NCBI RefSeq assembly: GCF_000315625.1 | Contig: NW_005434625.1 | Coordinates: 482,098 to 546,097 of the forward strand | DNA: 64,000 nucleotides | Reading direction: 5' to 3' | DNA from: Guillardia theta CCMP2712 | Lineage: Eukaryota > Protista > Cryptophyta | Made by a program: the position numbers and the translations under genes | Shown here: one piece after another, positions 22,301 to 34,707 of the stretch | How the letters are laid out: each line of letters begins with the position of its first letter | Numbering within the stretch: position 1 is the first letter of the stretch | The notes under the pieces: model-generated | Told to the model about the DNA's origin: nothing | What the model saw: only the letters and a program-made list of their open reading frames with translations | Databases searched by the model: none

Positions 22301-24412
22301 GATAGCTGCAAGCATGACCTGCTTCCTGCTGACAGTTGCCAGCCACTTGTCGAAGCAGAACTTGGACTTGTTGAGCTGCAACTTGGACAGCATCTCATTC
22401 TCAGTCCTCAATAGCCGATAATATAGGCGAGTCTGCACGCAAGTCTTGCGGTGATGGAGGATGGAGACTTGCTTGCTCAGCAGCATCCAGACCCACCGGA
22501 GGGGAGAGCTTGCCCGCGCCTCTTCCCAGCATCGCCAGCCGGTGAAGGCTCTCTGCAAGTCAACAGACGAGAAGACGGCCTGGCGCTCCTTGACGAGATC
22601 GACCGACGTCTGCCACCTGACGGCAACCGGCTGAGGGTGCGAGGGCGGAGAGAGCATGTTCACCTGGAGAAGTAGAGCCGGCAAGGCTTGCAGGTCAGCC
22701 TCATCTCAAGTCTTTCTGCAGAGAGCCGAAGGGAAGACTTGAAGTCTCTCCACGCAAAGAAGACGCGAGCCTGCTGGTAGACGTGAGGAGAGGAGAGCGA
22801 AGGGCGATTATCGTCTGCAACGACCTTGTGGATCTTGGACTGATGGTGTACCACGCTTCGTCCCTGCAGGGAATTTCTGCTGAGCATGTCTCGGAAGATT
22901 TCTTGAGATGCAGGAGTCAGGGTGTTGTTGTTGGCAGGATGAAGGAACAACCATCGTGTCTTGTTGAGAGGTAAGCGATGGAATCTGAGAGGGCTGAGAT
23001 AAACACTGGTACTTGTTCTGATGGGGCTGTTGATTTGCCAGTCCTCGCAACCACCATTTGATTGAGACTGCAAGGACAGTGTTATAAGGTTTCATGTCAA
23101 CTGACTGATCAAAGAAGTGGCATCACTAACAAGCAAGTCATCATCATTCAATCACGAGCACTAGTATCATCGTTACCCTTTCTCATGATTCTCGGGGGTT
23201 GGACGAGTCAAAGAGTCTTCAACGGCATGAACAGCATTGCAGACTTCATCCAAACTCCCCCCAATCGCGTCACAAAGGGCAGCAAACGAGGATTTGACGT
23301 GCTCAAAATCCCCAGCCCTGTCCATCGCTCCCTCCACCCTCTCCCCCTTGAATTCCTTCAAGTCAACAAGATCGAGCAGGAGAACGAGTGGAACAACCTG
23401 TATCAGGTGGCTCTTTCCTCGGAACGCGTCTACCCACAGCCTGAGGTCCGACATCATCTGCCGGCACGCCGACAGGGCAGTCTGATTCTTCTGAAAGAGC
23501 TCAAGCTCTCGATCTCTCGACTCTCTCAAGACTCGCTTCAACTTGGCCACATGCTGCAGGCTCTTGCCTCCTCCTCCCTCCTCCTCTTCCTTCCCTTCGC
23601 TCTCATCAGTTTCATGGCCTTCCTCCACAATCGTCGGTAAAACTTCGCTGCTGCTCGCACGCACAGGCGGGGGGTCCTTCATCCGTTGTGCACTATCAAG
23701 CTCCCCCTTTCCCGCTGAAACCTCGATCGGAAAGTTTTTCTCAGTCTCCTTCAATGCAGTGAACATCTCATCGTTGGCCTGCGCAGGGCACTCATGAGCA
23801 AGTTTACATCCTAGCAATGCTGACACCTTCTCCAACTTCAGCATATAGGCGTGCATGGTTGTAAGCTTTCGTTGAGCCTCGTTGTTCTGCTCTTGCAGCT
23901 TCTCTGCCCTGGACTGAGCATCCATGAGATCATTCCTGCACTTGTTCAGATCTGCCAACAGCTTGTTCTTGATCTTGGTTGTAGTAGCCAGATTCTTCTT
24001 ACAATCCTCCAGCTGATCTAACGCGACCGACAGATACCTGTAACAAGCAGGTCATAGGATCGTCAGGACATATCCCATGTAGACATGTCATCAGGACATA
24101 TCCCATGTAGACATGTCGTCTGACTTCCGACAGATCTGTTGTGCATGACAAACATCATGCACAAACGCAGCCATGCCAGGACCAAAATTTGAATCAATGG
24201 TGGGGTAACAGGATTGGTAGTCGACGTGAGGTCTGTTATGAACTCTGAATGTCTCTCTTGAGCATGCTTTATCTCTTCCTCTTCTTCTTCCTCCTCCTCC
24301 TCCTCCTCCATCCACATACACTCTCTCGTCCTCCCCGTTACCTCCGAAGCTCGTCATTCGCTTCTTTAGCAGCGTCCTTCCCCACCATGCCTGGAGGCCC
24401 CAATTTTGACAT
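19371..24412 (-). CDS. Coiled-coil plus Sfi1-like Trp-repeat (putative centrin-binding) protein, multi-exon
   Basis: Probable ATG at 24412 (MSKLGPPGMVGKD), N-terminal coiled coil, then helical repeats ending in W: VFFAWRD, RAFTGWR, CFDKWL, VFGRWRK, VLQSWARW, TVRRWF, AWSAWV, MARWTR, LCAWRK, CFLLWS, FTRWAD. Could be two genes. Confidence 0.55.
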
Positions 24413-24653
24413 GCTGGTTTCAAGATTTGAATCAATTTTCAAATATGTTTATAAATATTTCAAATCTGAGAGCTTCAAAGTCTCAACACGCCATATCGTT
24501 CAAGTTGATTTTTCAGTTTTCTAACGGTTACATCTGACCGCTACCAGACTGGCTACCAAAGTCCGGGGGGCCGGGGGGCCGGGGGGCCGGGCCCATGTTT
24601 CGAGTCACTGAGTCAAGTTTACTGAGTTCGTCACGTGAGCTTACATGTTGTCT

Positions 24654-25261
24654 TTACTGTACATTGCTACTTGAGTCGGACTTAAGTCTCTTGGCTCCCT
24701 CAGCCTTGCTCGCTCCCTCTCCGTTGCTCAGGCTGCTCTTCCTTTTCGCTTGACGTCGACTCTTCCTCGTCTCCTGGTCGTTCCCTTCTTTCTCGCTATC
24801 GCTTCCCTCCTCCCGATCGCTCCCTTTCTCTGGACTGTCGTTACTGGCCATCTCTTCCTTGTCCTGCTTCACTTCTTGCTCTTGATTTTGATCGTACAGC
24901 TCCAACCCCTCAAGGATCTGCAGGAAAGGCGTCAAGAAATGCGAGGCTAGGGCAACCCATACCTCGTGCTCCTCCAAGTCTGCACACCCGAGCTCCTGGA
25001 ATCGCACTCTCCACAGGGCCGCAGGCTTGGTGACGTCATCGTCGCTGAGGGATCAGGTCAGGTCCTACTGGCAGGTCTTGTCTGCTGTCTCACATGAAGA
25101 AGTTTGACTCGCTCGCCGGAAGCCATGCGATGACCTCTGCGTTGCACTCCATGGGGTTGTTGCCCTCGGAGTCCGTCACCGACCGGCGAATCATCTTCCC
25201 GATATAGCTGATGACCATCTCTGTCAGTGGAGGGAGGAGGAGGAGGAGGAGGAGGAGGAGG

Positions 25262-25331
<70 letters not shown>

Positions 25332-28300
25332 AGAGGGAAGGGAAGGCCAAGAGTGATGAAGAAGGAAGAAACCTGCTCCCTGTTGTATACCACTCGTGCG
25401 TATCGCTATCTTCAGCTACAATCATCATCAGTCCTGATTAACTCCTGTCTCCCACCACCTGCTTCCTGCTTTTCTGCATCCTCTGCATTCTCTTCAACCT
25501 TTGCAGTTGCATCCTTCTGGTTGAAAAGCTCAACAGCCTTCAGCACCTGCATTGCGATCAGAAACTGGCAGAGCGATCGGCTTCGTGACTTTGACCTGTG
25601 ACTCCTCGAGGTGTTCTGTTCCGAACCCGTCCTCGTACTTGACCGTCCACAAGGGAGACTTGCTCCTTCCCTCCCCCCCGAAGTCCGTCGGCTTCGCTTC
25701 CTTCCTTACCGGTCCAGCGACGATCCCATCCACCGATTGCTCTCCGTGCGAGGTAGCGAAGAACTTCCTCACTCTCTGACCAGTCAGATCTGCGCGCTCC
25801 TCCTCTTTCTCTTGGCCGTTGGGCTTCACGATGGTGTCGGTATGGTACACCTCGATCGCTTCCTCCAGCTCGGACAGCTCGAGGTCTTCCTCCCCGATAT
25901 CCTGCAGCTCTCAAAGTGACGAGCAGCAAAGGTCAGCGCTGCCCGACTTACCTCGTCGTCGTACTTTACCCTCCACAGCGCTCGGGGGTCGCTCGGGTCG
26001 TCGTTGCGGAAGTAGTTTGAGACTGTGGCAGGCAGCCAGCCTCGTACAGTCCCGTCGACCTTGCGAGCCTTCTCCTTTCCCTCGAGCACCACTATCCTCC
26101 GCACCCTCTTCCCGATGTGCTTGCATCCAAACGTGAACCAGTCCTCCGTCCCGTCCTCCGGCCGCTTCCCCTCCGCCAGCTCGTGGATCATGATGGCCTC
26201 CTTCACCTGGAACTCGTTGAGGTAGTCAAACTCCAGCTCTTTCCGGTCGTAAACGACTTTCCACAAGCATGAAGAGCATTTCTTCCGCTTCCCAAGACGA
26301 CAGAAGTCGCTCTGCAGCCACTCAGCCACGTAGCCGTCAGCCTGCCCCTGATCCACTCCGAGCTTGACAAACCCTTTCCTTCTGATCCTTCGACCCACAT
26401 ACAGGTCACCGTTGTGAGCAAAACTATCCGCCCTCGCGTCAGGCAACTTCAGAAAAGCTTCGATCGCCTGCTTCGCCTCTTCCTCCTTCAAATCTTCGCA
26501 CCCGATCTCAGGAATGTCGTAAACGACTCGGAACATCCTGGCGCCCTGACTGTCTGCGGAAGTGTCGGAGTACGAGATGCATTGCTTGATGGTACCGTCC
26601 GCAAAACCCAGCGGCTTCTCATTCTCATCCAACACAGCCCGCCGCACCCTCATACCAACCCACTCGTGCTTTTCGGAGTCATCCGCATCACTGAGAATCT
26701 TCTTGTCGATGAACTCCTTCACAGACGAAGGCGACGACGCTAATCTATACGCCATGATCCCTTCCAAGACCTCCCGGAACTCGAGGTCTTCCGCCAGCTC
26801 CCCCTCATCGTATCGAATCCTCCATAGAGCTGCTGGCTTTCCCGTGTGGGAATCACGAAATCCGGAGAGTTTCGATGGCAGAACTCCGACGATCTTTCCC
26901 TCGATCGTCTTGTAGGAGGAGGAAGCCTCGTGGAAGACCCTCCTTCGGATCCGATCCCCCAAGGATTCTGCTGGGAGGGGAAAGAAGTCAGAGTCATCCG
27001 CAACGGCTCCATCGCCACCCCCGGGCGAATTGACAGCATCCAGCATTTCTGTGGCCCTGTCATCATCGCTGGACTTGTCTTTCGGGACGAGTCGCTTCTT
27101 CAACTTGGGGTATTCGCTGCCTTTCATCTCCCCCTTGGGCTCCTGTGACCTGGTCGTTTGCTTGAATTTGTCAACATTAACATCTATCGCTGTCCTGCCG
27201 TTGAGTATGTGCTGTCTCAATGTGACCAGTCGATCTCTGCTCGTCTCTGCCCGCAACGGGGAATGATACACCTTGACGGTTCTTCCATCACTCAGCGTCT
27301 TGAGATGATACTCGGGCTGCTTCATCTTGCACGATTCTCCTATCTGCTTCTCTTGAAAGACGAACTTCGTGCGAGGAAGCGACATGCTTTCCTTGAGCTG
27401 CCTGTTCCTGCACAGGAGCTCACCGTGCAGACTCTGCGCGTCTCTGCAGGATTCCTCCAGGGAGGTCTTCCTAGCCTTCAGCTGCTGGATTATGTCAACA
27501 AGGGAATCCAAAGTGTCCCTCCCGCTCTCCTCCTCCCCCTCGCAGCGCCGCGTGAGAGTTTCAAAGAGCGATCGGACCCCGGGCTGGCTCCCATCATACA
27601 GCTCCGTGGTAGCCATGCTCATCTGGACCCTTAGGAATGGGGCGACGAGCTGGCTGACCTGCTGCTTGTGGGCTCCCTGCTCGGCACTCTTGTGGAACTT
27701 CCGCATTAGAGCAGTGAGGGAGTCAAAGCTCTCTCCCTCGGGGGAGTTGAAGGACGTGGCAGGCAAGGGGCCACCTGGGCTGAAGATGGGGTTGTCAACC
27801 CTGAGATCCCAGCCGGGCGGCAGCTGGTCCATTGCCTTCTTGTCAACCGTAAGCGCGAATCTCTGGGCGTCGAACGAAGCCACCAGCTCAAGGCACCGAC
27901 TGTCCACCTGCGAGTCATGAGACTCCAAGGTCGGGGGCCGGCGAGAGGTGGAGGAGAGTCGTTGAGGTCTAGTGACCTTGGGCGGCTCCCTCCTGGCTCC
28001 TTTCCTCTCCAGCATGGCGTTCCACATCTGCCTCATGGTCTCGTGCCAGGCGTCGAAGTCAGTGCACATGGAAGGCTCAGAGGACTCCAGAGCCTTCCAC
28101 CTTTCCTGCACCTTAGGTTTGGGTTGAGGAGTGTGCCCAGAGGGGACCGAGTCAAAGACGCAGCCCGCGGGCGGGCAGCGCGATGTTTTCTTGTCCACGA
28201 AGGCGGCCTCATCCTCCGAGGAGAAGCAACAGTCATCCAGCTCGTCCTCCATGGCCATGGCCTTGGCGATCGCTCTCACCTCAACCCTGCGGTACTTGCG

Positions 28301-30659
28301 GTGTTGAACACATTCCAGCACGCGCTCGCTGACTTGGGCCCCGGCCTCCTTCAGCCATTCATCCTTCACCTCAGAATTGGAGTGCAGGTAGCGCATCGAG
28401 CTGCTCATCGTGTCCGCCTCGCCCGTCTCGTCGTGCCCAAAGATGGAGGAGAAGGAGGAGGTGAGGGGGTAGGGGTAGGGGCTGAAAACCAGCTCCTCGT
28501 CTATCGCTGTCCGCATGCTCTCCTTGAAATCGTTCTCGCTGAAGTGGAAGACGTGCTCCTCCGACGGGTCCCAGACGGCTCGGCAGTAGTACTCCCCCGA
28601 CCGCAGGTACTTGTGCGGGTCGATCGGGTTCCCCTCGGTGAAGTACACGGTGACCAGCCCGAGAACGGTGTTGCGGTGAACGTCCTTATCCATGTGCAAA
28701 GAGAAGAAAACTTCGTGCTCTGCATTCCAAGCTGGTTTGGTGTAGGCTACATCATGGTCGGGAACGTGCCGTCTGCACAAAATCAACATCACCGACAACG
28801 TGAGGGGGAGGAAAGGAGCTTACTTTCGGTAGTGGTAGAGGGCACTCCTGTTTGTCTTCTGCACCTCCTCGCACTTGTAGAGCCACCTGACATGAAGGAA
28901 GTCGCTCTTCCTGTCGTACGCGAGGAGCTGTGCTATGAACGGAGTATCTGAACCCTCCGAATTGAGGATCACACAGTCCCCTTCACAGTACAAGTTCGGC
29001 CCATCTCTGAACAGAGGGATCATCTCGCGCTTGTTGGACCCTTCGCTCTCTTGGCTCCGTCCCGACGACCCTGGAGCTGACGCCTGACATCTTTTCTCAC
29101 CCCCCTTCTGGAACTCCTGGACTTCTTTCTCTACCTTCTTCTTCAACTGACTTGTCTTCCGTCCCAACACGTTGGAGAATTCCTCAAACTCATGGAATTT
29201 TGCCAGGAAAGAAGCTGAAGTCTGGCCGACATTGCTCTGATCCACCACATTCAAATCCCTTGAGTACATCTCCACTAACGTGTCGGAGTATGAGAAATCA
29301 TTTTGAGGAAGCGACTCGATCAAACACAAGATTTTGTCCACCTGCTCCTCTAAAGATTTCCCGTCCTTTGTGAGCTTCCGAGACTTGTTCACACATGACT
29401 GAAGGAGGAAGTTCGTATCGGGCATACCATCGTTCCAGCTCTCATCCTCTAGCACAGACTCGTCCAGTACTGCGTCAGTCTCGTTGTCAGCCTCATGGAC
29501 GGCGCCATGGAAGCGAAACAGAAGACGGAAATAGTGGAACTTCAGCGTCCCGCTGGCGCTCTCCGGAAGGTTCATAATCCTGCACACCTCTCGCCACCTT
29601 CGGTTCTTCGTCACTTCGTCCATCCCCCCCATGTTCGTCACGATCCCATGAAGCTGGAAGATGTCCAGTTTCCTGCCAGCCATGTAGGGGACGACGCTGC
29701 TTTGTCCGGACACCTTCATGTGATCTCTCCACTGCTGCAACCATTCTTGGCGCTCTGGGGTCAACTCTGTTTCCGCATCCTCTTGGGGCTGGATCCTTGT
29801 GCATCGCTTGACCTTGTGCTCAGCAGCATTCGAATCTTGATCCATGCTGCTGCTGCCATGGTTCTCGTCCTTCAACTTCTGCGGGCTAAATCCCGGCCCT
29901 TCGTCGCCATCCTCCTTTTCGTTCTTGCAGTTCTACGAGTTGAAGTGACTCCAACGACCTTTCGATCAAAACAATCGCGCATACCCGGTGTTTCAATTCT
30001 AAGTCATACAAGTATCGCCAATAAAATCGTTTCATTCTATGAACTGTGGATCTAGAGAGAGCTTTCAGCACGTCGTCATCGTCCAACAGTGCTCACCTGA
30101 AATTCTCGTTGTTCGTACCAGTCTGAATGGAACTCACAACCTATTATCCATCCGCAAACAGATCAGAACAAAACATTCTCTGGACCACCGCAACAAAGGA
30201 GCACAAGACTTACTTGCTTCATCACCTTTTTTTTCAGGCACTGGAAAGCCAGGCATCAAGTCAGGGAACGAAATGATTCCTGAGAAGATGACTCACCATC
30301 TTAATCCCACCATGTTTCAGAACTTCCTGGAAGAGGAGAATGGGCCTTACAGGTTTCCCACACAACCCCGGTATCTTCAGCGGGTGGGGGATCCCCTTCT
30401 TGTCGAGGAAGTCTAGCCAATTTTTCTCCCATTCCTGATCCTCTTGAACGATCTCTCGATGAGCAGCAAGCACCTCATCGTGATGATCTTCCTCCTCGTT
30501 CTCGTTGTTGTCGATCCCTCCCACCCCAGCGACCATCGTTATAGGCTGATCCACTTGGTGCAGCGTGCTTGCCTCTCCCACTTTGGCACCTGGGGAACAT
30601 GTTACTGGCAGGACTTGCAAGAGCCTTGTGACAAGGCGTCTGCTCTGCGGAGGATGCAT
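24654..30659 (-). CDS. Chromatin reader: ARID-ARID-BAH-MBD-like plus six Tudor-like repeats, multi-exon; start uncertain
   Basis: ARID: GKPVRPILLFQEVLKHGG...FYWRYLYDLE and GRKLDIFQLHGIVTNMGGMDEVTKNRRWREVC...HYFRLLFRF. BAH: YCEGDCVIL...FIAQL...VRWLY...HEVFFS. MBD-like: LPPGWD...FNSPEGESFDSL. Six G-x-R-[VI]-R-R...[LF]W-x-V-x-Y...EDL repeats. Confidence 0.8.
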
Positions 30660-30996
30660 GCTATTTACCGGAGTCTTGTGGACTACTCGAGCCTTTCAGC
30701 TCCGCTTCTTCTCCCCGCACCCCAGGATCTCTCGCACTTGACCCGTCCCCGCTCATTGCGTCGCAGGAGGATCAATCCAACTCTGCGCAAGCCTTCATGG
30801 TTGCTGCCCTCTAGCTCATCTAGGTGCCCTCCTTCACCATAGTCAGCTCGATGAGACCGCAGCAATCTAACATCAGCAAGCTTCATCGATGAACCAATTC
30901 ACACGAACACAGTCAAAGCTCATATTAGCCCCATTCAACGTGCGGAATGGAGACAGCAGACTTGACCACCCAGGCAAGCCAATCATCTCCTCCTCA

Positions 30997-31109
30997 TTTC
31001 CATTCCATGATCATTCTATTTCTATTCCCATTCCATGATCATTCTATCTCTATTCCCATTCCATGATCATTCTATCTCTATTCCCATTCCATGATCATTC
31101 TATCTCTAT
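30997..31109. repeat. 28-bp tandem repeat (TTCCCATTCCATGATCATTCTATCTCTA) x4
   Basis: Four adjacent near-identical units visible, with no spacers. Confidence 0.9.
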
Positions 31110-32352
31110 CATCTTCTGCGGCCTTACTCTACACCCCCGCATCCCTTCACCCTGTTTGCCCTGCTGTGATGCAGATGACTACTTCCTCCCTTCTCAACCC
31201 TGCAAACCTTAACGTGTAGACCTGTCTCTGCCTACACGCCTTCCTGCCTGTTTCTGTCTTCTCTTCCTTGACTCCTTAACTTCTCCTGATGTTTCTCTCA
31301 TCAACCCCCTCGATCCTTGTCCTTCCTCATCCTCTGACAAGAATCGTCTTCGTGACCTGCCTCGTTCTCGCACTTCCTCCATCCACGACTCCTCCCTGCT
31401 CGCCCCGAACTGTGGCAAGTCATCCTGCTCATTCTCCCGCCTATCACTTCCAACACCGTTCTCCTCCTTCCTTGCCCCATCTGCCATCTCCCGGCATCGC
31501 CATTCCTCCCCCTACTGCCCATGGTAGGATCTGCATAGAGGGCAAGGGTTCAGAGGTTTTGCTGCCTAGTTCAGGAGGGGTGGGGGCATAAAAACTTGGG
31601 AAAACTACCCCTACTTTTGAAGGTAATACTACCCCTATTTGAGATGTAGATATGGGGTAGTAATACCACAAAATCCACCAAGTCTGCCTCAGAGAATTTG
31701 ATGATGACAGGCAGGGTAGGGTTAGGTGGTGAGAAACTCTGGGGTGGTGGCAGTGAATTTATCGAAACATTCACGGAGAATAGGGGTAACGATGTGGTAT
31801 TAAACGGGGTGGGGGTACAGATCACAAAAGAGGAATGGGGGGTGGGGTATAATTTTCCGGGGTGGTACATCGGAGGGTGGTAGGAGCAAAATAGTTTCAG
31901 CGCCGGTTCAGGATATGGGCAGGCGGAACAAGATCAGGCGGAGGAGGAGGAGGAGGAGGAAGCGGGGAAGAAGATAGATGATGGGGAGATAGATGAACGG
32001 AAGTCGAGAGAAGGAGAAAGAGATGGAGAGAAAGAAGGAGAGTACAAGGATGCCGAAGCAGTGAATGAACATTAGATGTTGGAAATGCAATTTTAATGGG
32101 TTGTAGCTATGATAGCCACAAGACATACATGTGTGCATGATGGAACGTACAAGACATACATGTGTGCATGATGGAACTTATGTACATCACTTGGTTCTTG
32201 TTGGATTTGAACCGTTCTCTTCGTTTTCTCACTCTGATTCATTTCAGCCGTTCGGCAGCAAGTGGTCAACCAGAGATGGTCATAATTTCACGATGATGGA
32301 CTATCAATTGTTCCCTTCCACCGATTAGTCCTCGCAAACGCTGCTTCCAGGC

Positions 32353-34670
32353 ATGACAGTGAAAGCGCTACTTGCGATCGCCAGCATTGCGGTAACATGG
32401 ATACCCGCTCCATCGACAGCGCAGGGGTCTCCTGGACTTTGCTGCAAAGACGCTACTGATTGTTTCCGCCCTGGAGACTGGCGGCAGATTTTTCAATGCC
32501 CTGCATCCCATTGGAACAAGCACATGCCCCATCCCCCCTGGGAGTGGTACAAGCTTACGAATGCTTCGGGTGCTCAAAAGATCTGCTCAGGAGGCTCGAA
32601 GGAGTGGCACGCGTGTGTTGCAGACTCCGAGTGTCCGGGAGGGACATGCTCCATCGTCCCCCTCCCGGCCGACAAGTACGTGCACGAGTATATGTCCTGC
32701 TGCATGCAATGCGTGTGGAACTTGCAATATCCGATCGGAGATCCGATCCAAGTGACGTCAGGGCCCCTCCTGAATGAAACCAGCGAGCTCGGCGTCATCC
32801 CCAAGTACCTCAACTGCTCAGTCTTCCCGGACGAGTTCCGCCAGCTGGACTCCAGCAGCGCCGGGCACCCGGCTGGCTACCTGTCGATGAGCGAGTTGGA
32901 GCAGGGCTTCTTTTCTCAGATCCCGAACAAGCAGATGATTGACGCCAACTTCCTCAACGCGTCCGTGATGTTTGCGATCGCAGATCTCAACAAGGACGGG
33001 CTGTTGAGCTACGAGGAGTATGTCATCCTCAGGCACTTCTGGACTCCATTCCTCCTCTCCAGCACGGCTCCAGCACCCATCGACAACGAGAACACCCTCG
33101 CCATGGGCCCCCTCGGAGGAGTCTTCGTTGACAACAGCACGGTCAGTGTGTGGGTTGTGACAGCCAACAACCTTCTCCTTCGCCTGTACATCGCCAACGG
33201 CTGGTCGTCTGCAAGGACCAGACAACCGCAACCAGGCGAGGAGCTGTTTTATCAGCAGAACGCTGACCTGGATGGCTCCACCCGAATCTCTTTGGAGGAG
33301 CACTACTTCAGGGTGTTTGCAGACATCAACGGAAATGGAGTGTTGGAGCGCTGGGAGTACAACCTATCGCTCTATGACAAGAGCACGTCGGCTGGGGGCA
33401 ACTTTCAAGGATGGGCGTCGTGGGCGGATCACGACCTCAACGACGATGGAGTGGTCACCTTCATCGAGAGGAAGCGGATCTTTGCAGACAGGAATGCGGA
33501 CAACTTCATCAATCTCACGGAGTGGAAGCTCGCGGACTTTCCCACCGCATACGGTCCTTATCAAGGTCACAAAGGGAGCAACGGGATGATTGGAAAGGAG
33601 CAGTACGCGTTTTACTCGCTCTATCACTACTGCACGTTGCGCTCCTCCACAGCCTACGCTTCCTACTCCAGCAGCTACCCCTGGAGCTCGCAGTGTCCTC
33701 TGGTGTTTGCCATCCTGAACGACACCTCCTTCTTCCGCGACGCGTTAGAGAAGCAGCAGTTTGATCTGGGAACGCTTCAGGTTGATCCCAACCTTGCAGG
33801 CTTCGTGTATAGAGTGCTGAACAACGTTACTCGTCGCCTGGGCTGGCAGGGAACTCTAAAGGTCTTGCCCAACCCCCATAGAGAGCTGCAAGGAGCAGCA
33901 ACGGACCTCTCGTCCTACAACATCACTCCTCCGAACATCTACTCTCGGTCTTTCAACCTTGCCGTCATCACGGAGTACACGAATGTGCCCAGCGAGTGGT
34001 TGTGCACCTCCTCGCTCTGGCCAGATGACGGTCTCAGTGTCGTGGTGAGGTCCGAGGACCAGTCCATCTCTCTCTACACCGTCCTCGCAGAGATGATAGT
34101 TTCTCCTCAGTTCGTCAATTTCTTCTGCTCCTTGTTCTTCACCGTCCTCATCGTTGGACACGTGATTTGGATCATCGAGAGGTGGACCAACGAGACGATT
34201 TTCCGTCCCTTCTACGCGGAAGGAGTCATTGATGGCCTTTGGTGGGCGATGGTGACGATGACGACTGTCGGGTCAGTTCAACTCTCCCACAGGCCTCTTC
34301 ATCTGGCGTCTTTCCTCCTCCTCCTCCTCCTGATCCTGATCCTCCTCCTCCTCCTCCTCCTGATCCTGATCCTGATCCTCCTCCTCCTCCTCCTCCTGAT
34401 CCTGATCCTCCTCTTCCTCCTCCTCCGCCGCCGCCGCGTGTTACTTTTCTGATGGTTTGTCATAGATACGGAGACAAAGCCCCGGTCAGTGAGATCGGCA
34501 AACTCTTCGGCATCTTCTGGTTGATTTTTGGTCTGATTGTCTTCGGGACCTTCTCAAGTCAAGTCACTTCCTTCATCGGTGACCAACTTGCTGTCAACAA
34601 CATCGCTGATGCCGATTCTCTCGCTGGTTTCGTTGTGAGTCAGCCTCCTTGTCTTCCTCCCTCCCTCCCT

Positions 34671-34707
<37 letters not shown>

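Noticed and set aside
24061-24120. Two-copy 28-bp duplication (and a 31-bp one at ~32118-32177)
   Set aside because: Simple local slippage duplications in non-coding DNA with no further structure.
25211-25441. RS-repeat (SR protein-like), poly-Leu and poly-PA ORFs
   Set aside because: These are translations of an intronic (AGG/AGC) microsatellite in the ARID gene.
27917-28951. 344-aa plus-strand ORF and similar antisense ORFs over PARP1, SLOG-SLATT and the NTase gene
   Set aside because: Shadow ORFs caused by GC3-rich codon bias on the opposite coding strand.
30997-31109. 28-bp repeats as a CRISPR array
   Set aside because: Units are adjacent with no spacers, there are no cas genes, and the context is eukaryotic.
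34272-34465. Poly-Leu/Ile tail of the 699-aa ORF as a TM segment
   Set aside because: It is a (CCT/GAT) repeat intron; splicing restores TVGYGD.
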